From Octopus sinensis (taxonomy: Eukaryota): a stretch of 64,000 bases of DNA. Position 1 is the stretch's first letter. The number at the start of each line of letters is the position of its first letter. The translations under genes were made by a program, and so were the position numbers. The notes beneath the pieces are model-generated. The model was given only the letters and a program-made list of their open reading frames with translations, was not told the DNA's origin and did no database searches. This document shows, in pieces, positions 22,823 to 35,298 of the stretch. The stretch spans positions 45,694,001 through 45,758,000 of the forward strand of contig NC_042999.1 of the NCBI RefSeq assembly GCF_006345805.1, read 5' to 3'.

Positions 22823-24420
22823 TTAATAACGTACCTGACACAGAAAGACACACATACAATGAGACATATAAACACTCATACACTTACACACATACACTTA
22901 CAGACAGATACACATTCATATACAAAACGTGATGTCATTATTGTCATGGTATACAATTTCCTGTTGACAATAGAAAGATTATCTCTATGAAATATATTGT
23001 TTTAATCAAAATGAAAATAAGATTTCATATTGACACTGGTCAGCCCTCACATACATATAGTAAGATAGACACACACAGACATACATATACATTCATGCAT
23101 GTCAGTTGTATATGTATTTGTAGATGTGTGTGTTTGTTTAATAACGTACTGTTACATATGTACATGTATGTGTAGATGCGTGTGTGTTTAATAATGTACC
23201 TAATGCAGAAAGACACACACACTGAGACATATGCACTGTCATACACTTACACACATACACTCACAGACAGATACACACTCATATACAAAATGTGATGTTG
23301 TCGTTGGTATGGTATAAAATGTCTTGTTGACAATAGAAAGATTATCTCTCCTACTAAATGTTATATTGTTTTAATTGAAATGAAAATAAAATTTCGTATA
23401 GGACACTGACCAGCTCTCACATACATATAGTGTGTTTAACAATGTATCTAACATGGAAAGACATTCACAATGTGAGACATATATACACATACATTCACAA
23501 ACAGATACACAATCATATACAAAATGTGATGTCGTCATCAGTCGGCACATATGTATATGCATGTGTAGTTTAAAAATGTACGGTTACATATGTATATGTA
23601 TGTGTAGATGTGTGTGTTTAATAATGTACCTTATGCAGAAGACACATACACTGTGAGACATAAACACACTCATACACTTACATACATACACTCACGGACA
23701 GATACACAGTCGTATACGCAATGAGATGTCATTCAGGTCGTGGTGTAAAATATCCTGTTGACAATAGAAAGATTGCAGATTGTAAGCTATTCAAGGACAC
23801 ACAAAAACTGTTAGTCTGACTTCAACATTTATATCTCATTTGTGTCAAAATATTTTCATCGCTTTGAAATCGGGACCTGTTCACTGACAAAACTTTGTGC
23901 TACATCTGAGAAAGTAACAGTTAGTTCATGATATATATGTGTTTATTTATTTATTTATGTATGTATGTATGTAAATGTGCATGCATGCATATATGCATAT
24001 ACATATGTGTGTATACATGTATGTGAGCATTTATGTATGTAAGTGTGTAGATGTGTCTGCGTATGTGTATATGTGCATGTACAAGTAAATGTATGTATAT
24101 GTACTGATACGTATGTCTGTTCAAGTTGTGTATATAACTGTTTACTCTGCGGATGGTTGTATATATATATGTTCTGAGCACATGATCTCAGATCATGTCA
24201 CTTGCTATGCAGGTACATCTCCATAAATAGAAAGATTATCTCTATGAAACATATTGTTTTAATCGAAACGAAAATAAAATTTCGTATTGACACTCACATA
24301 CATATAGTGTGTTTAATAACATATCTAATGTGGAAAGGCATACACACTGTGAGACGTATACACACTCAAACACTCACTGATATGCATTCACAGACATATT
24401 CAAAATGTGACGTTGTCGTC
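22810..24420. repeat. Degenerate local tandem array of about 250-bp core units with TG-rich spacers
   Basis: Recurring blocks TGTTTAATAA.GTACC...GAAAGACACAC, CAAAA.GTGATGT and TTGACAATAGAAAGATT near 22820, 23185, 23430, 23615 and 24226-24420. Confidence 0.8.
23843..23889 (-). ncRNA. Degenerate minimal type I hammerhead-like motif, G3-C8 core variant
   Basis: Minus strand: UGUCA - GUGAACA - G - GUCCC gauuucaaa GCGAU - GAA - AAUAUU - U - UGACA. Stem I has 5 bp and stem III is palindromic. Stem II has one C-C mismatch and a G-U closing pair. Confidence 0.55.
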
Positions 24421-27400
24421 ATAATTAGAATTAAAAGTACAAGTATAAAAGTGAAAATATATCATATTACAGTATAGATGTTATTATTTCACTTTTATAC
24501 GTTGAGTATTGACACATAACATGGAACCAGTGCCAATGTTGCATTGTTTTAATCCAGAAAAATTACATGTTGTCACTCATGGGGTCTGATAGCATAACCA
24601 TGTAAAATTTCATTTGATTTGGTTGTGCCATTTGAGAATATATGGAAATAGAGAGACAAAGATTATCATCATCATCATCATCATCATCATCGTCGTTTAA
24701 CGTCCGCTTTCCATGCTGGCATGAGTTGGACGGTTTGACTGTGGGCTGGCGAAACCAGATGGCTGCACCAGGCTCCAGTCTGATCTGGCAGTGTTTCTAC
24801 AGCTGGATGTCCTTCCTAATGCCAACCACATATATTATATTATATATATATATAAAATTTGATTTGATTTGGCTGAGCTGTTTGAGAATGCATTGGGAAC
24901 AGACAGAGAGACAAAAGATTCTATATATGTATATATATAAATTAAATTATACATTATGTACTTTGTTGTTTTGTTATGTGATCCTCCAGTCCATGAAAAA
25001 CCTGATTTGCATATCACCTGCTTGTGGTGCCCAAAAAGACTGGGGCCACAATTCTAAGGAACCACAAATCTGAAGCATTGGTAAATTTTGGCAGATGTGT
25101 GTCGATATTTTATGTCACATAACCATATATAAAGAGGGGTTGGTTCTATGTCTGACCCTAGGACTCTTTTCCCCGTTTATGTAGATAACCATTTACTTGA
25201 CAATGTGCTTGATTTTACCATAAGCAGCATTTGATTATAGGGTTCCTAAACCAAAGACGATCTGAGTCTAAACAACAATTGTCTTATATAAAATTTACAA
25301 GATGCATTATTATGCATTAGTTTTAATTCGACTCTATAGAATTCCAAACTTGATGTCACTTTCCAGTTGAATTAGATCGGTGTGTCACAAAAGAGTTGTA
25401 TTTTGTCTTTTCCTGTTAGCTATTGTATAAAGCATGTTGGCTTTGTATTTTATTTTCCGTCTTTTTAGTTAGTCTGCAACTACAGCAGATCTTAACTGAT
25501 GACACATTAGTTCATCAATTAAGAATGTACTCTTTTAAGGTGTTAAATGGTTTGTAGGTGATAGAATGTTAATTTCTATGACTCAGAGTGATCTAATTTC
25601 TATACTTTTAATAGCATACGCCAATGAAATTTCGTTCTGTTACATTGATGTATGTAACTTTGCTCTTGTGTTTCAAAGAAGAAAAGTTTAGGAACATTGC
25701 CAGCTTATGATGGTTTTGTTTTTATAAAAGTAGCTATTCAAACAGAATTGAATAGATAGTTTCAAACATTACAGCCATAAAATAAAAGGTCTGAGACTAT
25801 ATTGCCAGAATATAGGTGTCTTTCGTGTCATAGTCCAAGACACAAAGAGAAAGGTGATGCTATTTATTGAAATGCTATAATGAAAATGCAAGTAGAACAT
25901 GGTAAAGAAAGATCAGTTCCAAAGTTAATAATAAAGAAATTTATTTGATACATTTGGCAATCTCTTTTATGGAACATTTTTTTTCTCTTCTTATCTTGGT
26001 CATGTGTATGCTATTGTGCTGAAGATTTTAAAACATGAAAGCTATTTAGGGTAATGATATTTTTACAGATATAGAAAATTTATTGAGCTGGGTTTTCTCA
26101 ATGTCTTTATAACTGAATTGTTTTCAAGATCTTCAAGAATGAGTGTGAATACATTGACTTTACAGCTCTTCCATTAAAAAAAAACTATATAGTTTTGAAA
26201 AGCTGTTTCAATTGTTATTGACTGATCTACAAAATGCTTTAATCTTTATCTGTTATTGTGTGAAAAATGACTGAAGTTTAGGAAATTATTACAATGCTTC
26301 TACATTAATATTTTCCTTTATCTTATTTTATACATATCTGAAATAATTATCTTTTGATAGAATTTATTGGAGTATATTTTTTGTCAACTGATAGTAAATT
26401 CTACTTTGTGATAGTTATTGGAAGGAAACTTTATTCAGTATCGTATCTTCATTAGTAAAAATTGAAAAAATGGAATCTTGGTAAATCATTCCAAATTGAA
26501 GTGTATGTTAATTCATTCCATAAAAAAAAAAGTTTATCTCTGATCATGTTTTCTATCACATTTTCAATCACTGAATTCATGTCTTTCCTGTTACTAGAAG
26601 CTTTGCTTTTATCTATGGAACCATAGATACCTATTTATTCTGTGTATTGCTGTCTCCCAAAAATATTTTCTTTTGAATAGAAAATATCTGCAATTGGAAT
26701 GTATATATAATGATAAATTGGTGAAAGAAATTCCTACGATAGCAACAATTTTTGATGTCACTCTAAAATGAGTTCAGATTCTTAACTGAATTCAAATGAT
26801 TTCTATATTCTAGTTGATTTTTGTAATTCTTTTTGCTGAAGAAAGAGAATTAATTTTGCAAAGCATCCCTTGTTGTGTCAGCATAGGAAAATGAAAAGTA
26901 AAGTGAGAACAAGCAGCAATATTAGTGCATAACCTCAAGTTATTGTAATTCATGTTTTTAATTTGATAAACAAAAATTCTTCCCTTTGGATGCACATTAA
27001 ACAAGAGAGTTGTGACATACATATATATTACATTCCTTGCATGCAGTTAGCGAAAATGTATATCATTTGCTGTCAAGTTCAGGCCGTCGGAACCTCTCTC
27101 TTCTTAAACACTATGTCATTCAGTGTCTGGCTTTGTGTATGCGTGCTGCATCATTTGATTAACGTGCTTGTCCATTTTGTCCATGTAAATGCTCAATCTG
27201 CTGCTCAATGTAGCAGACAAATATCTCCCAAACAAATTCTCCAGCATCTTTTAAAAAGTAGGTTGCCAACGTTGTAAGTTCTAAAATCTGCAAGATAGCA
27301 GATAGTAATGCTGGTTGAATGCTTTGCTTGATTAACTCCATCCTAGCCAGAGCTAACTGGGGTTAGTTACTCAGCAACAATAGCAAGCAGCAACAGCAGC

Positions 27401-27687
27401 AGCAACAATTGCAACAACACTTGTTTAGTTCTTGCTTTAAATATTTATTCCCTTCTTTGGTTTAAGTTCATAAATATGCTTGAGTGCCTGCATATGTGGT
27501 GTGTGAATATAGTATATATATATGCATTCATGCTTGTGTGGGTGGCTGCAAATGTGTGTGTGTGTGTGTATCATTTTAAACAGTGGGACATGAAGTAGAT
27601 AAATCTATAAATTATAGCATTTAAGTATTGGGTTAAAAACCCCTTGTACAGAAAAAGTTGAAGTTTGCTCGTATGTCATAAACAAGA

Positions 27688-27688
<1 letters not shown>

Positions 27689-27762
<74 letters not shown>

Positions 27763-27880
27763 ATATATATATATATACATGTGTGTGTGTATATACATAT
27801 GTATATATATATACATGTGTGTGTGTATATACATATGTATACATATATATATGTGTGTGTGTGTGTGTGTATATATATAT
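27689..27880. repeat. (ATCT)18 followed by compound TA/TG microsatellite
   Basis: ATCT repeated 18 times at 27689-27760, directly counted. Confidence 0.95.
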
Positions 27881-27881
27881 A

Positions 27882-28267
27882 CTAGCAGTATTGCCCGGCG
27901 TTGCTCAGGTTTGTAAGGGAAATAACTATAAAGCATTTTTAGAGAGTTATAGCCAAAAAATAGCAAAAAAATGGAAAAAAATGATGGTAAATTTTTTTTG
28001 AGATTTAAAAAAGGTGGAGTTGCGTCCCCTAGATAGTTTGTGGTTTGTGTTTCTCATTGTCGACCCCATGTCGAATTTATCGATTTTTTTCAGAACTGGG
28101 GGAACTTTTCAAAATTTTCGCTGCGTTAGTTTTGAATTATGACATTGGGCTATGTGTGTGTCAAGTTTCATCAGAATCGGTTGAAAGCCGTGGTCAGGGT
28201 GAGAGTACAAGCAAACAGACACACAGAAACACGCACAGACAAACTGCCGTTTATATATAGAGAGAGA
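27882..28267 (-). mobile_element. Non-autonomous Helitron (copy 2)
   Basis: Minus strand: A|TCTCTCTCTATATATAAACGGCAG ... CCTGAGCAACGCCGGG hairpin ... CTAG|T. Confidence 0.85.
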
Positions 28268-28923
28268 TATATATTGCCAGTTTCAGTCACTGGACTGTTC
28301 CCATGCTGGAGCACCACCATTCAATCATTAGATGATCACATTGACTCCAGTACTTATTTAAGTACGGAACTTTATATCTTGATAACTATTTGTTGAACTA
28401 CTAATTTATGAGACAAATGAATGCAGCATAAACATAAATACAGAAACACACCCATACATACATGCATACATATTACATACATGCATGCATAGTATGACCA
28501 AAAAGTTAACAAGTTTGCTTTACAATCATGAGGTCTTTGCTTTGATTTTGCTACATGGCATCTCGGGTGTATGTCGTTGGGGAGATGGAAACTGTATGGA
28601 AGTCCATCAAATGGATTGTACTTTTAATTTAAAGTGTCAGCTTTGTCACACAATGAGTCACTGATTCTGCTTAAGATTTTCATTAAGGGTTCACATGTCT
28701 GTGGAATACTCAGCCAGCTGCACATTAATTCAATGAGCCTGCTGATTCAGCTGACTGAACAACCGAGCACTTAATTAAGGTGCCAGGCCATGGGGTTGAA
28801 CCTGAATATGTGTGTTTATAAAGCAAACTTCTTAACCACATAGTTCTGCTGCACCTTATAATTTATGTATCTGTGTTTGTGTGTGTATAGATATGTATTA
28901 ATTTAGGTATTTCTTTGTCTGTG

Positions 28924-28962
<39 letters not shown>

Positions 28963-29270
28963 CTGTATAAATGTATCTGTCTATTTAGATGAAGCAATGG
29001 GAAGGCTGGTACATTTACACCTTTCCATTTCAGTATACATCTACAGGTGCAATACTCGAACACATTATCAGTGTTGTTTACTGGGTGTTTTGGGTTATAC
29101 ACCAATCATCCCCACCCCACCATTCAGTTGATCCAACCTAGATTGATCATGCCTAGACCGGTGACCAAGTAGCATTCTACAGCTCCTCCCCACTGATGGT
29201 CACTTCTTTTTGGTCAGCGACATCTATATGCTTGTTTCCTTAGCACCCTCTATATTGTTCCTGATGGCTC

Positions 29271-29696
29271 TTCTTATTTCTTTTTCTTTATTGTCCACAA
29301 GGGGCTAAACATAGAGGGGATAAACAAGGACAGACAAAGGGATTAAGTCAATTACATCGACCCCAGTGCATAACCGGTACTCAATTTATCGACCCCGAAA
29401 GGATGAAAGGCAAAGTCGACCTCGGCGGAATTTGAACTCAGAACGTAACAGCAGACCAAATACCTATTTCTTTATTGCCCACTAGGGGCTAAACATAGAG
29501 GGGACAAACAAGGACAGACAAAGGGATTAAGTCAATTACATCGACCCCAGTGCATAACCGGTACTCAATTTATCGACCCCGAAAGGATGAAAGGCAAAGT
29601 CGACCTCGGCGGAATTTGAACTCAGAACGTAACAGCAGACGAAATACCATAAGCATTTCACCCGGCATGCTAACGTTTCTGCCAGCTCGCTGCCTT
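29271..29696 (-). mobile_element. SINE B1 with tandemly duplicated 184-bp body
   Basis: Junction at 29464/29465. The two bodies share private variants such as AAGTCAATTAC and TGCATAACCGGTACTCAA. Confidence 0.9.
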
Positions 29697-29699
29697 TTT

Positions 29700-29935
29700 A
29701 GGTATTTCTTATTTCTGTAATGCCCATACTTCTGTTGGTCTTATTCAGGGTACAACTTGGAAACCCTTTATCATCAACCTCCACTGGTAAACACTGCAAT
29801 CGCCATCCATTCTTGCTGAAGTCCTCCTCCAATTCCTGGCACTTACTTCTCTTCCTCTTTTCTACCCTCTCCTCCCAGGGCTTCATTAACTCCAACAGGA
29901 TTATTGGCCCTGCTGTGTGGAAATTGTAACAGAAT
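29700..29935 (-). mobile_element. Restriction-like endonuclease fragment of a HERO/NeSL-type non-LTR retrotransposon
   Basis: IILLELMKPWEERVEKRKRSKCQELEEDFSKNGWRLQCLPVEVDDKGF matches the ELTVPWEE...K..KY.EL...GW....PVEVG.RGF motif as I recall it. Confidence 0.6.
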
Positions 29936-30837
29936 TCCTGGATTTTGTTCGATTACAGCTTACCAGTTATTCCGCAATACTCACCAGTTATTGACAATGA
30001 GCCAATGCCAGAGCCTCTATGTAGCCATTTGATCAGCTAGAACTAGTAATCAAATTTCCCTCATAACATACTGTAGCCTCGTAAATGAAAATGAAGAATA
30101 CATTGGATAATGTGGTCCTGGATTCCCTGCATTTAGGAGAAAGACAGGATGGTCATTGTTGAAATGCTTTTATTCCTAGATATGCTCAATCAGGATCGAC
30201 CCGGGGCTAAACAACAATGGCGCTAAAGTTGAGAAACAAAGAAGCATTGAATGTTTTAGGTTTATACGGAGAGGCCCTATTAATTTCCAGTAAGCATAAC
30301 TGTTGGCTTAATCACACGCATAGGGAAGATTTCATGTGATAAAATTCATTTTTCAAGATGCTATCACAAATACATCTGTTGCTGTGTGCAGAACTGTCTG
30401 CTGTGGATTACTTTACAAGCTTTTTACATTTTGTGTGTGTGTGTGTGGTGTGTGTGTGTGTTGCCTCATACTGCCTGAGAGATATAGAAATATTTCCAAG
30501 CATCTACAAATAATTTGAGTCATTGCAGAATTGTCATCATCACCACCACCACCACCACCATCATCGTCATCATCATCCTCATCTGCAGCAGTTGCAGCAT
30601 CACTATTGCTACCATCATTATCATTGGCATTATTATCACTATTAAAAAAAAAAAAAAAAAAATATAAAGGAAACATAAACACCACAGCTGCCACCACCAC
30701 CACCTTCAAGAAAACCACCATCAGCATCATCATCGTCATCCCATCATTGCTACTAGCATTACCAACATTGTCATCACCATCACCACTAACGTTATCCTCA
30801 TCACCACCATAATCAATGCAATATTTCTAACTTGGTA

Positions 30838-31023
30838 GTGGTATTTCATCTACCACTATGTTCTGAGATCAAATTCCGCCAAGGTTGACTTTGCCTTTCA
30901 TCCTTTTGGTGTCGATTAAATAAGTACCAGTTATGCACTGGGGCCAATGTAATTGATTCAATCCCTTTGTTTGTCCTTTTTTGTCCCCTCTATGTTTATC
31001 CCCTTGTGGGCAATAAAGAAATA
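30838..31023 (+). mobile_element. Headless SINE B1
   Basis: Starts at GTGGTATTTC and ends in AAAGAAATA; flanked by AATATTTCTAACTTGGTA. Confidence 0.85.
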
Positions 31024-31040
31024 AATATTTCTAACTTGGT

Positions 31041-31253
31041 AAGGCAGTGAACTGCAGAAATTTTAGCACACCAGGCGAAATGCTTAGCAGTATTTTGTCT
31101 GTCTTTAAGTTCTGAGTTCAAATTCTGCCAACGTCGACCTTGCCTTTCATCCTTTCAGGATCGATAAATTAAGTACCAGTTGCATACTGGGATCGATCTA
31201 ATCGACTGGCCCCCTCTTCAAAAATTTCGGCCCTTACGCCTGGAGTAGGAAAG
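31041..31253 (+). mobile_element. SINE B2
   Basis: Full head and B2 tail, flanked by AATATTTCTAA(C/G)TTGGT. Confidence 0.85.
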
Positions 31254-31584
31254 AATATTTCTAAGTTGGTCTTCCATTTTTCTGGGTTTTATAATCCAAA
31301 ATACCAGCTGAGTATTAGGTCTATCTAATAAGCCTACCAGCAACACCACCACCACCACCACCACCACCACCACCACTATCATCATCACCAACACCAGCAG
31401 CACCACTCAAGCTATTGTTTAGAAATCAATAATGGTCTGTAGCTTAAGCACCAGGCCAAAATCTGTAGAAAAAAACCTATGTTTGTCTTGGGTATGCAAT
31501 GTTTTAGCACAGCCATTTTGGCGCTGCCTAATTGGTGTCATTAGTTTGACACTGAATTATTTGAAATCACATATTTTCATTGTT

Positions 31585-31692
31585 CATTCTTTCTTTCTCT
31601 CTCTCTCTCCTTCTTTCTCTTTCTTTTTCTTTCTCTTTCTGTCTCTTTCTCTCATTATATTTGTCTGTCTGTCTCTCTCTCTGTTTCTTTTG

Positions 31693-31744
<52 letters not shown>

Positions 31745-31900
31745 CTTTTGCTCTCCCTCTCTCTCTCTCTGTTTCTTTTGCTCTCCCTCTCTCTCTCTCT
31801 CTCTCTCTCCTTCTTTCTCTTTCTGTCTCTTTCTGATTCTCTCTCTCTTTCTCTATCTCTTTCTGGCTCTTTCTTTCTCTCTCTCTCTCTGTTTATGAAT
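31585..31900. repeat. Polypyrimidine (CT)n-rich tract
   Basis: Directly visible; GTTTCTTTTGCTCTCCCT(CT)n recurs at 31683, 31741 and 31771. Confidence 0.95.
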
Positions 31901-32359
31901 GCGAACACTTCTCTTTATAAATGTATTGAGGAGAAAGAAAGTATTTATGTCATTTGTTTCCATAATAAATTGTAATGTCCCCCATCTCTCTCTCTCTCTC
32001 TCTGTGTATATTTCTGCATGCATGTGGGTGTGTGTTTGCTTTCAGTGCTAAAAAGATCTGTTGCCAGAACAGGTTCAATGTCCAGTCAGTCATGCCAAGT
32101 CGTCTGCATCGAAACAGCTGTACTCGATTGTTTCATTCCAATTAGATTTCAATGAAAATCCAATTTGTTTTTCATGCAACATTTAGCAACAGTATGTGTT
32201 GTTATCTAAACTGTTGACCCAAGAAGGATGAAATGTAAAGTCAACTTCAGCAGGATTTGAACTCAGAACTTAATAGGACCTGACTAATTACTGCAAGTCA
32301 CTATGTTTGCTATTCTGACGATTGTACCAATTGCTGCATAGTAGTAGTAGTAGCAGTAT

Positions 32360-32580
32360 TATACAAATGCTTCAACCTTTGGTACAAGGCCAGCACGTTT
32401 GGAGAGGGGCCAAGTTGATTAGATTGACCCCAGTATTCAACTGGTACTTATTTTACCGATCCCAAAAAGATGAAAGGCAAAGTTCACCTCAGTGAAATTT
32501 GAACTCAGAACGTAAAGACAGACGAAATGTCGTTAAGCATTTTGCCCGGTGTGCTAACAATTCAGCCAGCTCATCGCCTT
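32360..32580 (-). mobile_element. SINE B2
   Basis: B head, core and B2 tail on the - strand. Confidence 0.8.
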
Positions 32581-32589
32581 TAATAACAA

Positions 32590-32955
32590 CTAGCAGCACA
32601 GCCTGGCGTTTCCCAGGTATGTAAGAGCCCCATGTGTAGGTTGCAATGTCTTCTCTTCACTCGAATACTTCTGTGTATACGATGTTCCTAGCTGTCCCTA
32701 GCTGTCGAGTTGTGTCCCCTAGACAGAAAATGTGTTGCATATAAAAAGCTTAGATTCTCGACCCCATGTCGAATTTATCGATTTTTTTCAGAGCTGGGAG
32801 AACTTTTCAAAATTTTCGCTGCGTTAGTTTTGAATTATGACATTGGGCTATGTGTGTGTCAAGTTTCATCAGAATCGGTTGAAAGCCGTGGTCAGGGTGA
32901 GGGTACAACCTGACAGACACACAGACAGACAAACTGCCGTTTATATAGAGAAAGA
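32590..32955 (-). mobile_element. Non-autonomous Helitron (copy 3)
   Basis: Minus strand: A|TCTTTCTCTATATAAACGGCAG ... CCTGGGAAACGCCAGG hairpin ... CTAG|T. Its 5' approx. 190 bp are nearly identical to copy 2. Confidence 0.85.
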
Positions 32956-32957
32956 TA

Positions 32958-33327
32958 ATCTTTTCTGTTATAGGCACGAGGCCTGAAACTTGTAAGAAGA
33001 GGACTAGTTGATTACACTAACATCAGTATTTCACTGGTATTAATTTTATTGACCCTAAAAGGATGAAAGGCAAAGTCGACCTTGGCGGCATTTGAACCCA
33101 GAGTGTAAAGACGGATGAAATACCTATTTCTTTATTACCCACAAGGGGCTAAACACAGAGGAGACAAACAAGGACAGACATAGGTATTAAGTTGACTACA
33201 TCGACCCCAGTGCGTAACTGGTACTTAATTTATCGACCCTGAAAGGATGAAAGGCAAAGTCGACCTCGGTGAAATACCATTAAGCATTTTGCCCAGGGTG
33301 TCAACAATTCAGCCACCTCACCACCTT
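32958..33327 (-). mobile_element. SINE B2 with a 5'-truncated B1 (33125-33270) nested inside
   Basis: Direct repeat GAAATACC at 33117-33124 and 33271-33278 flanks the B1 piece. Confidence 0.8.
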
Positions 33328-33895
33328 AATAATAATAATAAGAAGAAGAATAATAAGAATAACAATAACAATAATAATTCTTTCTACTGTAGGCACAAGG
33401 ATTGAAATTTTGGAGGGGAGGGTAAGTCAATTACAAGTACTGGGGGGGGGGGGGGCGATGTAATCAACCCCAGTACTTAATTGGTACTTATTTTATCAAT
33501 GCTGAAAGTACAAAAGGTCATCTTTACCTCAGACTGTAAAGAGCCAGAACAAATACTGTGAAGCATTTTCTTCTATATTCTACCAATCTTGCCAATTCAA
33601 ATATTATTATTTAATAATAATATTAATAACAATAATGATAATAATAATAATAGTAGTAATGATAATAATGGTAGTAATTATAATGATGATAAAGTATATA
33701 TAATAATGATAATGATAATAATAATACTAATAATAGTTTTGTCATCTGCTTTTTGTATGCGATGAATTAGTCTGCTGTGATTATATGCAATATAGGGTAC
33801 TATTTATTTCCCTGATTTGTATATACATCCATTTCTTTAAAGTACACAAGCAATAGATAAAAGACCAAAAAAAAAAATTAGAAAAAAAAAAACCA

Positions 33896-33960
33896 AAACA
33901 TTGAGACAAGTCTTGATAGCTAGTCATTATGACTAGCTATCAAGAATTGTCTCAATGTTT
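33896..33960. repeat. 65-bp near-perfect palindrome
   Basis: AAACATTGAGACAAGTCTTGATAGCTAGTCA-TTA-TGACTAGCTATCAAGAATTGTCTCAATGTTT; 31-bp arms with one mismatch. Confidence 0.95.
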
Positions 33961-34464
33961 CCACTAACAATTCTCTGCTGCATTTCCGCTATTTACTCGT
34001 TTTCTTTTCTCTTTTCCCCCGTTTCATTAATGCTGTTAATATTCTCGTAAGAGTTTTTTATTTTGCAATTTCTCTGAAATTCTAAGGCTCTATCTAGGCT
34101 TCTATTTTTATATGCGTGCACTGTTTTCCTTTTTTTTTTGCCCCCCCCCCAATATTTCTTTGTTCCCTTCATCTCATTGATATGTGCACAACTTGGGCCT
34201 CAATATACTATGAAGTGCTCATTCTATTCAAGGATTTATTCTGGTGATAATTTTATTACTACCACCAGTATTCTATATTATTACATACAGCTGCTTTTCA
34301 AAACTGACAAACATTTGATACTGGGGTAATTTGATTTGTTTTCTAAAGGATCCTTCTTTGATCTACATCTAACACAAGTGTTTGTCAACCAGACGCAGTA
34401 TTGCTGTTGCTGGTGCTGTTTGGTACTGTTTAACCCTGGGCCAATTCTGATCAAGCACAGACCT

Positions 34465-34813
34465 TTTACTCTTTTACTTGTTTCAGTCATTTAACCGTGA
34501 CCATGCTGGAGCACCGCCTTTAGTCAAGCAAATTGACCCCAGAACTTATTCTTTGTAAGCCTAGTACTTATTCTATCGGTCTCTTTTGCTGAATCGCTAA
34601 GTTACAGGGATGTAAACACACCAGCATCGGTTGTCAAGCGATGTTGGTTGGGACAAACACAGACACACAAACACACATATATATACATATATACGACAGG
34701 CTTCTTTCAGTTTCCATCTACCAAATCCACTCACAAGGCTTTGGTCGACCCGAGGCTATAGTAGAAGACACTTGCCCAAAGTGCCACGCAGTGGGACTGA
34801 ACCCGGAACCATG
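34465..34813 (-). mobile_element. SINE family A lacking the first part of the head
   Basis: Matches the A consensus from GGTTCCGGGTTCAGTCCC to the tail. Confidence 0.9.
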
Positions 34814-35298
34814 CTCTCTCTCTCTCTTTTTGCTTTTCCCTTCCCTCCTTAATTGCCTCCTTTCTACCCTATCCTCTCTCCTTCCCTCTCTCTTACTCTT
34901 CTGCCTCTCTCTTTCCCTCCCTCATTCCTTAGTCCCTCCACCATTCTTCCTCTCTCCTACTCATGGTTGGTGACCAGTCAAAGCTTGTCATACATTTTTG
35001 GTCTGCTGTTGACCAAACCAGACATGTTTTGTGTTCTGCCCATCAAGGACTTTTTCCATTTCTTTGTGCTACCCCACTACGTCTGTCTTTTTCTGTGTGT
35101 GTTATATTGTTTTATTAAGTTGTCCAGAAAGTTCTGAGCACTTTTAAGCTAAATCTTTTTTTACACTTCATTGAACACTCTTGAAATGTAACACAGTTAA
35201 AACTTAGGCATTGCTTGAAGTTGTAGTGCATCTCTTCTTTGTTCTTGACTAAAAATAGATTTATCTTTCATTCCAGTTACCCTTTATTGACATTTGAA

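Noticed and set aside
24180-24198. 19-bp palindrome ACATGATCT-C-AGATCATGT
   Set aside because: Too short and isolated to exceed chance expectation in 64 kb of AT-rich DNA.
32085-32130. GAAACAGCTGTA with a palindromic stem III-like segment
   Set aside because: No CUGANGA-like core with a 3-8 pair and no stem I.
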